Assembly (NCBI GenBank): GCA_963806225.1
Contig: CAWDXG010000004.1
Coordinates: 1,408,001 to 1,472,000 of the forward strand
Direction of reading: 5' to 3'
Origin: an uncultured delta proteobacterium
GTDB taxonomy: Bacteria > Myxococcota_A > Polyangia > Polyangiales > Polyangiaceae
Length of the DNA: 64,000 nucleotides
Position numbers and translations under genes: made by a program. A model generated the notes under the pieces. It did no database searches, was not told the DNA's origin, and saw only the letters and a program-made list of their open reading frames with translations. Below, piece by piece: positions 1 through 18,647 of this stretch (position 1 is its first letter; every line of letters begins with the position of its first letter).

Positions 1-2
1 AC

Positions 3-1679
3 TACGCCGCCGCGGAGCTCGTGCGCATCCGCAGCGAATCGGGGCCAGCCGCTATCCTCGACTACCGGAGCGGCGGCTCGCTGGGTCTTCTGAAGTCACT
101 CACGGGCTACTTCTTTTCTCTCTTCGGTCCCGTCACGACGAAGCGCGGCGACATCTGCAGCGGCGCCGGCGAGGCCGCGCAGGAGCTCGACTTCGGCGTC
201 TCCGACAGCGGCAGTCTGTTCCAGCTGGAGAAAGCCGAGAGCATCCTCTGCTGGGGCAAGAACGTGGTCGTCTCGAGCCCGCACCTGGTGCCGATGCTGC
301 GCGAAGCGCGAGCGCGCGGCGCGAAGCTCTGGCTGGTCGACCCGGTGTTCCACAAGACCGCAGGCCTGTGCGACGGCTTCATCCAGCCGCGGCCGGGCGG
401 CGACTTCGCGCTGGCGATGGGCGTCGCGCGCATCCTGTTCGAGCGCGACTGGGCAGACGCGAAAGCTCCGGGCTACTGCGATCACCTGCCGGCCTTCCGC
501 GAGCTCGCCCTCTCGCGCGCGCTCGAGGAGTGGTGCGCCGACGCCAACGTCACCAGCGACGAAGCGGAGACGCTGGCGCGCGCGCTCGGGCCGGGCGCGC
601 CCTGCACGATCCTGGTCGGTTGGGGCATGGGGCGGCGTGCGAACGGCGGCGCCATCGTGCGCGCGCTCGACGCGCTCGGCGCCGTGAGCGGCAACCTCGG
701 CATCGAGGGCGGCGGCGTGTCCTTCTACTTCCAGCGCCGCGGCGCGTTCGATGCCGTGAAGGGCCCGCCGCCGCCGCGCACGCTCAGCGAGCCGCGGCTC
801 GGCCCGGAGATGCTCGCCGCGTCCGATCCGCCGATCCGCGCCGTGTGGGTCACCTGCGGCAATCCCGTAGCAATGCTGCCCGAGTCGCGGACCACCGCCG
901 AAGCCCTGCGCACGCGCGACCTCGTGGTCGTTGTGGATTCGTTCCTGACGGACACGGCGCGTGTCGCCGATCTGGTGCTGCCCACCACCACCCTGCTCGA
1001 GGCCGACGATCTGATTGGCGCCTACGGTCACGAGCTGATCGGCGTGTCGCGCCCCGTCGTGGCGCCGCCGCCCGGCGTGAAGAGCGATCTCCAGATCATC
1101 CAGGCGCTGGCGGAGCGCGTAGGTCTGGGCGCAGAGCTCGCCGGCGACGCGCGCAGCTGGAAAGAGCGCATGGTCTCCGGCAAGCTCGCCGCGTGCGGTG
1201 TCACGCTCGAGGAGCTGGAGGCCGGCCCAATCGAGAATCCGCTCGCGCCCAAGGTGCTGTTCGAGGGCCGCCGCTTCCCCACGAAGAGCGGGCGCGTGAA
1301 CCTGATCCACGAGGCGCCGCCCCCTTCCCCGCCGCGTCCGGCGGACTTTCCGCTCCTGCTCACGAGCGTGTCGACCCTGCGCTCGCAGTCGAGCCAGTGG
1401 TACGAGCCACCCGCAGCGCCGCTGACGCTGACGGTGCACCCCGACGCCGCGGCGGGCTTTTCCGAAGGCGAGGTGTGCGGGCTCGAGTCGGCGCTCGGCC
1501 AGCTCGAAGTGAGACTGCATCTCGACGCGCGCCAGCGCCGCGACGTGGCCCTCTTGCCCAAAGGCGGCCACCTGCATCGCGGCACTGCCGCCAACGCGCT
1601 GACCCGCGCAAGCGTCACCGATCTGGGCGAAGGCGGAGCGCTGTACGATGAGCCTGTCAGACTCGCACGGAGCCAGTAG
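3..1679 (+). CDS. Molybdopterin-dependent oxidoreductase (DMSO reductase superfamily), 5' end outside window
   Basis: Open from window edge; DICSGAG Mo-ligand region, WGKN, RPGGDFALA, GNPVA, DSFLTDTARVADLVLP, FPTKSGRV, C-terminal molydop-binding domain (VHPDAA, NALT). Confidence 0.85.
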   Translation, partial: YAAAELVRIRSESGPAAILDYRSGGSLGLLKSLTGYFFSLFGPVTTKRGDICSGAGEAAQELDFGVSDSGSLFQLEKAESILCWGKNVVVSSPHLVPMLREARARGAKLWLVDPVFHKTAGLCDGFIQPRPGGDFALAMGVARILFERDWADAKAPGYCDHLPAFRELALSRALEEWCADANVTSDEAETLARALGPGAPCTILVGWGMGRRANGGAIVRALDALGAVSGNLGIEGGGVSFYFQRRGAFDAVKGPPPPRTLSEPRLGPEMLAASDPPIRAVWVTCGNPVAMLPESRTTAEALRTRDLVVVVDSFLTDTARVADLVLPTTTLLEADDLIGAYGHELIGVSRPVVAPPPGVKSDLQIIQALAERVGLGAELAGDARSWKERMVSGKLAACGVTLEELEAGPIENPLAPKVLFEGRRFPTKSGRVNLIHEAPPPSPPRPADFPLLLTSVSTLRSQSSQWYEPPAAPLTLTVHPDAAAGFSEGEVCGLESALGQLEVRLHLDARQRRDVALLPKGGHLHRGTAANALTRASVTDLGEGGALYDEPVRLARSQ

Positions 1680-1699
1680 GACGCGCGTCGGTCTGCCAT

Positions 1700-2571
1700 G
1701 CGATCGTCCACAATCCAGCTCACGTCGTAGTGCGGCAGCCTGGGCGCGCTGTCGAGCCCGCGCTCGGGGGGGGAAAGCACGGCGAAGTGGCCGGGGACGC
1801 CCAGCGCTTCGCAGCCCATTTCCCAGTTGCCGCACCAGATACCGAGCGCGACCGCAGCGTAGTAGCGCGAGGACGTCGCTGCGTAGAAGTTCATCCGCGC
1901 GAGCTTGGGTGTGCCCTCTGTCTCTTCCACGGCCGCCGCGGCGCGCGTCGTCTGCCCGTTGTAGGACGAGGGCGACCACTGGCACACCTCGTAGCAGCGC
2001 CCGAAGGCATCGAAAGGCGGCTTGGCAACGTCGAGCGGCTGGGTCAGCCCAGGGTCGCTGAAGAACAACTGGTCGAGCGGATACCGCCAATGCTGCGTGC
2101 GCAGTATGAGCCGGATGAACAAGGGCCCCAGCACGGACTTGTAGCCGACTGCACAGACACAGATGACGTGATCTCTTTCGGGATCGAAGCGGTCGCCCGG
2201 CTTCGCCACGATGCTCTTCTGATCGGCACCCGGGCCGATCCAGCACGTCGCCAGGCCCATGCGGGGGCGTCGATGACGACCTTCTGCAGGCTGCGGCCGA
2301 ACGTTGATATCAGCGTCACGACCTCGAATGCGGCGTTCGTCGAAAGCAGCAATCCGATCGAAAGCGGCGTCCAGAACAGCAGACCCGGCCAGACCCCGAT
2401 CAGCCAGCCGACACCGGCGATCAACAGGAAGACGAGCCCCAGGATGGCGGTCGGCACGTACTGCAGCCAACCGGTGAACTGGAGCCGCACCTTGAGGCGC
2501 CAGATGAACGTGTCCTCGAGCTCGAACCCGGAACGCTGGGTCTCGGAGTGCTGGGCGGCGGCTTCGGTCAT
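1700..2571 (-). pseudogene. Decayed membrane-anchored nitroreductase-family gene
   Basis: N-terminal TM segment to GRSLQKVVIDA in one frame, continues RMGLATCWIG...WSPSSYNGQ...YDVSW in another (frameshift ~2263-2268); no stop after the domain end, frame reads on into the convergent gene. Confidence 0.65.
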
Positions 2572-2609
2572 GGGCCTTGCTTCCCGGGGGCTCCGGAGCT
2601 GTTCCGGGC

Positions 2610-3173
2610 ATGCCCAAGGTGATCGACATCGACAGCCTGTTCGAAGCCGTGGTCTCGGCGTTTGCCGAGCGCGGATACGACGCGGCCACGACCCAGGAGA
2701 TGGCCCGGCGGGCCGGCGTCAACGAGGTCACTCTGTTTCGCCGCTACGGCAACAAGGCGGCGCTGATCGAGGCGGCGCTCGGCCACTGCCTCCTGTCGTC
2801 CCCGTTCGGCCAGCTCGAGGCCAGCGACGACGCCAGGGCCGATCTCGTGGCGATCGTCGAGGCCTACAGACGGACCTATCGCGGCTATGGCGGCGCGGTG
2901 CTGACGCTCATGAACGAGATGGCGCACCATCCCGAGCTGCGCGCAGCCGCGGCGGTGCTGGCGCCCAACCTGCGGAAGGCGGCCGGCATCGTCGCCCACC
3001 ACCAGGCGGCGCGGCGCATCGGTCCGGGCGATCCGCTGCAGAAGCTGGTGGTCTTGATCGCGCCGGTCATGGTGGCGGGGATCCTGGCGCGATCGGGCGC
3101 GAAGCTGCCGGTTGTCGAGCCGGACGTGGCGACGATCGTGGACGGATTCCTCGACGGGCATGGGGCTGGCTAG
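2610..3173 (+). CDS. TetR/AcrR family transcriptional regulator
   Basis: FAERGYDAATTQEMARRAGVNEVTLFRRYGNKAAL HTH; divergent from the nitroreductase remnant. Confidence 0.9.
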   Translation: MPKVIDIDSLFEAVVSAFAERGYDAATTQEMARRAGVNEVTLFRRYGNKAALIEAALGHCLLSSPFGQLEASDDARADLVAIVEAYRRTYRGYGGAVLTLMNEMAHHPELRAAAAVLAPNLRKAAGIVAHHQAARRIGPGDPLQKLVVLIAPVMVAGILARSGAKLPVVEPDVATIVDGFLDGHGAG

Positions 3174-3245
3174 GCCGCCCGACGCCGACGGGATCGGCTT
3201 GTCGCGCAGGGCCTGCCCGATGCGAGCTCCAGCGCTCGACAGTGC

Positions 3246-3276
3246 TCCGGAAATAATCCATAATTCCGGACAGTTG
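3246..3276 (+). promoter_or_regulatory. AT-rich inverted repeat / IHF-like site upstream of gyrA
   Basis: TCCGGAA-N11-TTCCGGA containing CATAAT, overlapping AATTCCGGACAGTTG. Confidence 0.4.
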
Positions 3277-3426
3277 AATCGACCCGCGCGGCGCCCCCGC
3301 CGGCGCTTCGCGCGGCATTGTCAGGGGGGCGTCGCTGGGCTAGTTCCGGCATGAAACCCGGGGCTTTTTCGCCCCGACCGCGCGCCCGGCCACTTCCCCC
3401 CGCCGGCGCCGGATCAGGACCTCTGC

Positions 3427-6100
<2,674 letters not shown>

Positions 6101-6108
<8 letters not shown>

Positions 6109-6904
6109 GTCGCGCGCCCAGCGCGACGCGCCGGGCACGTTCCAGGCGCTCCGCAAAGCGCACCCCGACGCGCACTGCGAGCTCGAACACGGCAGTCCCT
6201 TCGAGCTGATCGTCGCGACCGTCCTTTCGGCGCAGAGCACCGACGTGGCGGTGAACCGCATCACGCCGGATCTCTTCAAGCGCTGGCCCGACGCGGCTGC
6301 GCTCGCCAAGGCGCCGCCGCCGGCGGTGGAAAAGGCCCTCGCCAGCATCGGCATGTTCCGCCAGAAGGCCAAGAACATCATCGGCCTGTCGAAGAAGCTG
6401 GTGGAGGATCACGGCGGCAAGGTGCCGCGGAAGCTCGACGAGCTGGTGGAGCTCCCCGGCGTCGGCCGCAAGACGGCCAACGTGGTGCTGGGCGTGGCGT
6501 TCGGCGCGCCGGAAGGCGTGGTGGTCGACACGCACGTGCAGCGCATCTCCCAGCGCCTCGGATGGACGAAGAACACCAAGCCCGAGGACATCGAGCGCGA
6601 CCTGATGAAGCTGTTCCCGAGGGAGCAGTGGGACATCCTCTCGCACACCCTGATCTTCCACGGCCGCCGCATCTGCACCGCCCGCGCCCCCGCCTGCGCC
6701 GCCTGCCCGGTGAGCGTTCCGTGCCCCAGCGCCTTCAAGGCCGAGAACGTCGGCCGCAAACCGCCGCGCAATCGCAACGCGAACGGCAAGCCTGCGGCCA
6801 AGCGCGCCGCCAAGGAGAAGCCGTCGGCGAAGAAGAAGCCGTCGGCGAAGAAGAGGACCGCACGGTCGGCCTCCGCGCCGCCGAAGGCCTCGCGCAGGGG
6901 CTGA
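6101..6904 (+). CDS. nth: Endonuclease III with Lys/Ala-rich C-terminal tail
   Basis: LSAQSTD, Hh[18 protein letters not shown], 4Fe-4S motif C-x6-C-x2-C-x5-C; ATG 6101 overlaps gyrA end. Confidence 0.95.
6818..6853 (+). repeat. 2 x 18 bp tandem repeat (KPSAKK) in nth tail
   Basis: AAGCCGTCGGCGAAGAAG repeated exactly. Confidence 0.85.
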
Positions 6905-7232
6905 GGGGTCCGCGCAGGGCGTCGCGTGGCCAGGTCCGCGGCGCTCGCGCTCGCGCTCGGCCACTGCGCCTGCGGGCAGTCGACGTGCGCCTACGATGGC
7001 GCGATCGGGCACAGCAGCCTCTCGAGCCCACCCAACCGCTGGAGTAGAGCGATGCTGCACGACGTTTCTCGAGTTGTCGCGCTGGAGGGTCATCGGCTGG
7101 AGCAGCGGCCGGAACTACTGATCATTTGTTGACTTCGAGCGCTAAAAAGCGCTAGCGAACGGGTCGTTTCGAGCGCACATACCCGCCGGCGCCGCCGGGG
7201 TCCGCGGGCGGGCGCCCGAGCCCGGAGGACCT

Positions 7233-9794
<2,562 letters not shown>

Positions 9795-9825
9795 CGCGGG
9801 GCGCGCGAGGGAACGGGAGAACCCC

Positions 9826-11730
<1,905 letters not shown>

Positions 11731-11758
11731 TCGAACGAGCGGAGTTCTCGACGCGGGC

Positions 11759-11802
11759 CAGTCGGGTAGGCCCGGGCGTTGCCGCCCGGGCCTACCCGAC
11801 TG
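11759..11802. repeat. Perfect 20 bp stem hairpin, REP-like (GTAG) or terminator
   Basis: CAGTCGGGTAGGCCCGGGCG-TTGC-CGCCCGGGCCTACCCGACTG, 28 bp after the parE stop; no U-tract. Confidence 0.75.
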
Positions 11803-11958
11803 AACCTCCGGATCGCCCTGCGACGCTCCCAACGTCAGCGCGCGCGGAACTGCGCCCGCAGGAGCTGGACGTGTCAGCGCGAAAATGTGACGGGCTTGCG
11901 GCGCCGCGGCGGGGGAGCGACACTCGAAATCGCGCCGATGCACCCGTAGGAGGGAGCC

Positions 11959-12534
11959 ATGTCCGTTCGCCAGCTTGGTCCGCTTGCATTGTCCTGTGCG
12001 CTCGCGCTCGCTGCCTGGCCTGCACGGGCCCAGGAGACGTCGGCGCCCCCGACCTCTGAGTCCGGAGCGCCCTCTCCCCCGAAGAAGGACACGACTGCAT
12101 TGCCGAGCACCGATTGGCACCTGGTCGGCGCCATCGCGGCCTACTCGTTGGCAGCGGTCGCCAGCGGCACCTTCGTCTATGCCGAAGTCCGCACCCGCCA
12201 GATCTCGAACGACGACGGTTTCCAGGCGTACAAGCGCGGCAACCTTCCCGAGCAGTATGATTCTGATGTGTGCCAGGGCGCGAAGGACGGCGTCGTCGTC
12301 GATGGCGCCCCGAGCCCGGACCACATTGCCAGCCTGTGCTCGCAAGCTGACAAGCTCAAAGTGGTGGGCATCGTGTCCGTCGTGACCGCGATCGTGGGCA
12401 TCGGCACCGGCACCGCGCTCCTGCTCACGCGGCCCTCGCCGGAAAAGGCGGCGGTCGCGCGCGAGCCGCGCCTCGCGCTCACGCCCATCATCGGCGTGCA
12501 CGGCGCCGCGGCACAGCTCGACTTCCGCTTCTGA
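11959..12534 (+). CDS. Hypothetical exported/membrane protein of myxobacterial type
   Basis: GGAG upstream, signal peptide ending ARA-Q, two hydrophobic segments, Cys pair, C-terminal LDFRF. Confidence 0.7.
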   Translation: MSVRQLGPLALSCALALAAWPARAQETSAPPTSESGAPSPPKKDTTALPSTDWHLVGAIAAYSLAAVASGTFVYAEVRTRQISNDDGFQAYKRGNLPEQYDSDVCQGAKDGVVVDGAPSPDHIASLCSQADKLKVVGIVSVVTAIVGIGTGTALLLTRPSPEKAAVAREPRLALTPIIGVHGAAAQLDFRF

Positions 12535-12540
12535 GCGCGG

Positions 12541-13572
<1,032 letters not shown>

Positions 13573-13620
13573 TGCGAAAACCTCGGACCTATCCCGCGCG
13601 CTGTCAACAATCGGCGCTGT

Positions 13621-14976
13621 CTACTTCTTCGCGCGCAGCTCCGCGACAATCCGCTCGACGGTACGGGTACTCATGGTGCCGTCGCGCACCTCGTGGTCGT
13701 CGAGCAGCCGCTTCTGGAAGTTGATGTTCGTGCGGATGCCGCCCACGATGAACTCGTCCAACGCCCGGCGCATGCGGCGGATGGCTTCCTCGCGGGTCTT
13801 CGCGTGCACGATGAGCTTGGCCAGAAGCGAGTCGTAGGCTGAAGGCACGTTCCATCCGCCGAACACGCCGGAATCGACGCGGACGCCCGCGCCGCCCGCC
13901 GGATGGTATTCCGTGATGAGCCCGGGCCAGGGCACGAACGTCTCGGAGTCCTCCGCCATGATGCGGCACTCGATGGCGTGACCGCGGAATTTCCAGGGCC
14001 GCGTGTCCGGCAGGTTCAGCTTCTCCCCGGCGGCCACGCGGATCTGCTCGACGACCAGATCGAGGTCCGTGACCATTTCCGTGACGGGGTGCTCCACCTG
14101 CAGGCGCGTGTTCATCTCGAGGAAGTAGAGCTTCTTGTCCTCGTCCATCAGGAACTCGAGCGTGCCGAGCGAGGTGTAGCCGCTCTCGCGAATGGCGTGC
14201 CGGATGAGCTCGCCCATCTTCGAGCGCAGCTCGTCGGTCATGGCGGGGCTCGGCGACTCCTCCAGCAGCTTCTGGTGGCGCCGCTGCAGCGAGCACTCCC
14301 GCTCGCCGAGCGTCCAGACCTGCCCGTGCTGATCGGCCAGCGCCTGGAATTCGATGTGGCGCGGGCGCTCCACGAAACGCTCGAGGTACAGCTCTGGGCT
14401 GTTGAAGCTGCTCATCGCCTCGGCCGTTGCCGACTCGAAAGCGCGCCGCACCTCCGCGGTCGATCGCACGACGCGCATGCCCCGCCCGCCGCCGCCGCCG
14501 CGCGCCTTGATCATCACCGGGAAGCCGATCTTCTTCGCCTCGGACTCGGCGTGCTCGTGGCTTTCCAGCGCTTCGCTTCCGGGCAAGAGCGGCAGGTTGA
14601 ACCGCTCGGCCATGCGGCGCGCCTTGATCTTGTCGCCCCAGGCGCTCATGGCCTCGGGCCGCGGCCCGATGAAGCAGAGTCCGCAGCGCTCGACCACCTG
14701 GGCGAATTCGGCGTTCTCGCTCAGAAAGCCGTAGCCGGGGTGGATGGCGTCGGCGGCGGTGACCTCGGCGGCGCTGATGATGGCCGGAATGTTCAGATAG
14801 CTCCGGCCGGGCGCGGGGGGACCGATGCAGATCGCCTCGTCGGCGAAACGCACGTGCAGCGCCCCTGCGTCGGCTTCGGAATGCACCGCGACCGTGGCAA
14901 TGCCGAGCTCGCGGCATGCGCGGATGATGCGCATGGCGATCTCGCCGCGGTTGGCGATCAGGACCTTGGAGAACAC
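13621..14976 (-). CDS. accC: Acetyl-CoA carboxylase biotin carboxylase
   Basis: ANRGEIA, HPGYGFLSENA, GGGGRGMR, ERECSLQRRHQK, EMNTRLQVEHPVTE, YDSLLAKL. Confidence 0.96.
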   Translation of the reverse strand: MFSKVLIANRGEIAMRIIRACRELGIATVAVHSEADAGALHVRFADEAICIGPPAPGRSYLNIPAIISAAEVTAADAIHPGYGFLSENAEFAQVVERCGLCFIGPRPEAMSAWGDKIKARRMAERFNLPLLPGSEALESHEHAESEAKKIGFPVMIKARGGGGGRGMRVVRSTAEVRRAFESATAEAMSSFNSPELYLERFVERPRHIEFQALADQHGQVWTLGERECSLQRRHQKLLEESPSPAMTDELRSKMGELIRHAIRESGYTSLGTLEFLMDEDKKLYFLEMNTRLQVEHPVTEMVTDLDLVVEQIRVAAGEKLNLPDTRPWKFRGHAIECRIMAEDSETFVPWPGLITEYHPAGGAGVRVDSGVFGGWNVPSAYDSLLAKLIVHAKTREEAIRRMRRALDEFIVGGIRTNINFQKRLLDDHEVRDGTMSTRTVERIVAELRAKK

Positions 14977-15004
14977 CGGCGAGGCTCCATCGGTACAGGC
15001 CAGC

Positions 15005-15454
<450 letters not shown>

Positions 15455-15588
15455 CGTGCGTACCTCGACCCGTCCGAACGGGTGAACCCTCCTGAGGCCC
15501 GGGACGCTAGTCGCTCGCCCCGGGCTGTACAACCAGCAACAGGCGCGAATCTTCCTTCGCGCTGGGCCGGAATCGACCGGCGGAACGC

Positions 15589-16159
15589 CTACTGGCGCAG
15601 CCGCGCGAGCAGTCCGTCGAGCGCCAGGGAATAGGAATCGGCGCCAAATCCAGCAACGCGTCCGACGCACGCCGGCGCGATGCGCGACCGGCGGCGGAAG
15701 CCCTCGCGCGCATCGGGGTTGGACAGGTGGACCTCGACCGCCGGCAGCCCGGCACCACGCAGCGCGTCGTAGAGCGCGTACGACGTGTGCGTGAGCGCCC
15801 CGGGATTGATCAGGATGCCGGCATAGCCCTCGTCACAGGCCTGGCCGATCCAATCGATCAATGCCCCCTCATGGTTGCTCTGCCGGCAGTCGACCTCCGC
15901 GCCGGCGGCGAGCGCGAGCTTCGGCCAGACGGCTGTGGATCTGCTCCAGCGTCTGCGTTCCGTAGACCTCCGGCTCGCGTCGACCAAGGCGGTCGAGGTT
16001 CGGCCCACTCAGCACCATGATGCGGACCAGCCCATGCTCCGCGCCGCGGGCGCGACTAGCTTTCGCGCGGCGTCGCGGCACCTTGACGCGCGCTGCACGC
16101 GGGGACTTCGGCCTCGGGTTGACCGGAGCGATGGCCTTTCGCTGTTTCGACCGGGCCAA
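15589..16159 (-). CDS. aroQ: Type II 3-dehydroquinate dehydratase; +1 frameshift near 15923; start uncertain
   Basis: [17 protein letters not shown] in one frame; [27 protein letters not shown] in the next. Confidence 0.9.
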
Positions 16160-16167
16160 GGGCCGGC

Positions 16168-16530
16168 TCAGGCTAGCTCGTCGACGAGCTTCGGCGCGGT
16201 GATCCTGAGCATGAAGCGACCCTTGCCGAAGTTTCCATCCGGAGACATCGTCAGGGCGAGGAAGTAGTTGTCGTTGATGATGCGGATCAGCGTCACCATC
16301 TTCTCGCTCTTGAACGCGACCTCACGCGTCTCGCCGGCTTCGAGCATTTCCGTGGCCCGCTGGATGGCCTTTACCACGACGCTGACCTCGGCCCCGACGG
16401 CTTCGATATCGAACCCGCCAGAATCGTCGCGGGCGTAGCTCTCGACGGGTATGCCCTCGAAATCCATCAAGAGCCCGGCGAGGCCGCCGTCCGTCCCGTC
16501 CACGACGCCCTGGAGCGCTTCCTTGAACAT
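16168..16530 (-). CDS. mglC: Roadblock/LC7 protein, MglC-like
   Basis: 120 aa; MDFEGI and [17 protein letters not shown] resemble M. xanthus MglC as recalled; aroQ/accBC context. Confidence 0.75.
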   Translation of the reverse strand: MFKEALQGVVDGTDGGLAGLLMDFEGIPVESYARDDSGGFDIEAVGAEVSVVVKAIQRATEMLEAGETREVAFKSEKMVTLIRIINDNYFLALTMSPDGNFGKGRFMLRITAPKLVDELA

Positions 16531-16777
16531 GTCGCCAGGTTAGCCGGTTTGGCTGCGCGGGTGAATGTTATCGCGGGAAGCAGCCATTTCCCGGCCAGAA
16601 GGCCGAGATCCCCGCTTTCGTCCCTCGGGGGTTGCACCCCGGCGCCGGCTGGGTGATGGCCTCCAGGGAGATCTACCTGCTGAGCGACCTTGACCCCCTG
16701 CGCGGCGAACGGCTACCTTCGCGCTCGCCAGAAACGGCACGGCCGTCACAGCCCTACAGGTAGGTAGTCGAAACCCG

Positions 16778-18602
16778 ATGCGTGCGCGAGCGGGGGACCC
16801 GCCCCGCACAATGACACAGAAGATCCTCGCCGGCCGCGCCGACGATCCGAGCCTCGACGGGGATCTCGTCCGGGTCAAGGTCGATCAGGTCATCCTGACG
16901 CGGCAGCCGAACCGGGTCCTCGGCGAGGCGCTCCAACTGGGGATGAAGAAGTCCGCAGTCGAGGTAGCTATTGCCTACGACACGCGGTGCATCACCGACG
17001 GAGCGCCTGTCGAATCCACCCCTGGCGCCCCCGAACGCGTCTCGCGCGAGGTGCTCCAGCAAGGTGTGCTGATCGCTCGACCCGGCATCGGGTTTCCGGC
17101 AGCGGTACACCTGGAGCGCTTCGGCAGTCCGGCGCGACTGGCGCTCACCGACGAGCCCCGCATGGGCTCGGTGGGTGGAGCCGGCATGCTCACTCTCGTT
17201 GCCTCGCCCTCCCAGCTTGCCGAAGCGCTCGCGCACGGCACCTTCTGGGTGCGTCCACCACGCAGCATCCAGGTGCTCCTGTCGGGTCGCGTCCGGCCCT
17301 TCGTGTGCGTGCGCGACGTAGCGCTCGAGCTCATCCGACGCGAGCTCGGCGAGGTGATCCGGCGCAGTCGACGACGAATTCCACGCGCCGGTGGTCGTCG
17401 AGTTCGCCGGACCGAGCGCGCGGCTTCTGTCGGTCGCCGACCGCGCGGTCCTGTGCGCGCTCGCGCCCCAGCTCGGAGCGGCAGCAGCGGTCTTCGTCAG
17501 CGACGAGAAGACCGAGGTGTACCTACGCGACCAGCGGCGCTCCAAGGCGCACCGCAGCCTCGTGCCGGACGCCGGCGCGCCCTGCGACGACGTGATCAGC
17601 GTGGATCTGTCCGCGGTCGATCCGCTCGTCCTCGACGAGGAAGGCGCAGTACGTCCGGTCCGGGAGCTCGCCGGCAAGCCGGTCCACCAGGTCGTGCTTG
17701 GCGGGGACTCGGGGGCGTCGCTCCGCGATCTGCTCGCCGCGGCAGCGCTCCTCAAGAGCAAGCGCGTCCCTCCAAAGCTCGATCTCCTGGTGGCTCCGCC
17801 GTCGCGGCAGGCTCTGGAGGTGCTGGCCCAGTCCGGCGCACTGGTCGATCTGATCGCTACGGGCGCACGGCTCATCGAACCGGATCACCGGGTGGTCACC
17901 GGGGCGCTGTATCCGCCAGCGCCGGGGGGCGTCTCGATGCGCACCTTCGATCCGGAACCCGGCACGCCCTCGGCGCGTCGCTTCGTGGTCGCCTCGGCCG
18001 AGACGCTCGCGTACGCGGTGGCTTCGGGACAGGTCGGCGACCCGCGCTCGTTCAAGCGGCCGGTACGGGTCACGGTTCCGCGCTCCCTGCCTACCGACGA
18101 CGTACTGATCCTGCGCAAGGGCAAGGGGAAGGGAAAGGTGGACGACTCCACCAAGAAGGTCCCGCCGGCCGCCCCTCCCGATCCTGCAGCGTGGAAGAAG
18201 GCCACGACGCTCGCGCTCGTGCCCGAACGGCGCGAACCCGGCGAACCGAGCGCGCTCCTGCTCGAATCGCTGGATGACGTGCGCTGGGCCGCACGCCATG
18301 CGGCGTCCCTGGCGCCCAACCTGCGCGCGGTCATCGCACCGTACATCCCGAGCGGCACCGTGGGGGTGTTCGCCGGGCTCGGCATCCTGGCGCTCACCGC
18401 CGACCAGGGTGCGCTGGACAAGCTGCGCGGCCAGCGCTCGCTGGGGCTGCCCGCGCCGGAGAAATGGGACGGCCAGGAGAGCATCACCGCGTCGGCGGGC
18501 AGCTCCAAGGTCGACCTGCGCTGGGCGGCTGTCGGCCCGGAACGGCGCTGGACCGCCGCGGGAACGGCGCGCTCGACAGGCGCGCGGAGCTCCCGCTCGT
18601 AG
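16778..18602 (+). CDS. Aconitase-fold protein lacking Fe-S and catalytic residues; +1 frameshift near 17361
   Basis: TQKIL, VHLERFG, VRDVALELIRR, VEFAGP, SVDLSAVDPL, PPSRQ, GGVSMRTF, ASAET, GDPR colinear with aconitase/LeuC; alternative ATG at 16811. Confidence 0.8.
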
Positions 18603-18647
18603 GGATTGGTCGCCAGCTCCGGCGAGCTGATCTATCGTCGGCGCACG

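Noticed and set aside
6926..7132. 68 aa ORF with a lipoprotein-like start between nth and parC
   Set aside because: No recognisable domain, atypical codons in the 3' half, overlaps a probable parC promoter (TTGACT at ~7129).
16531..16777. Riboswitch or ncRNA in the mglC/aconitase-like intergenic region, and a cobalamin riboswitch before the mutase
   Set aside because: Only generic GC hairpins; no recognisable consensus; the mutase leader is only 48 bp. An Rfam scan would be needed.
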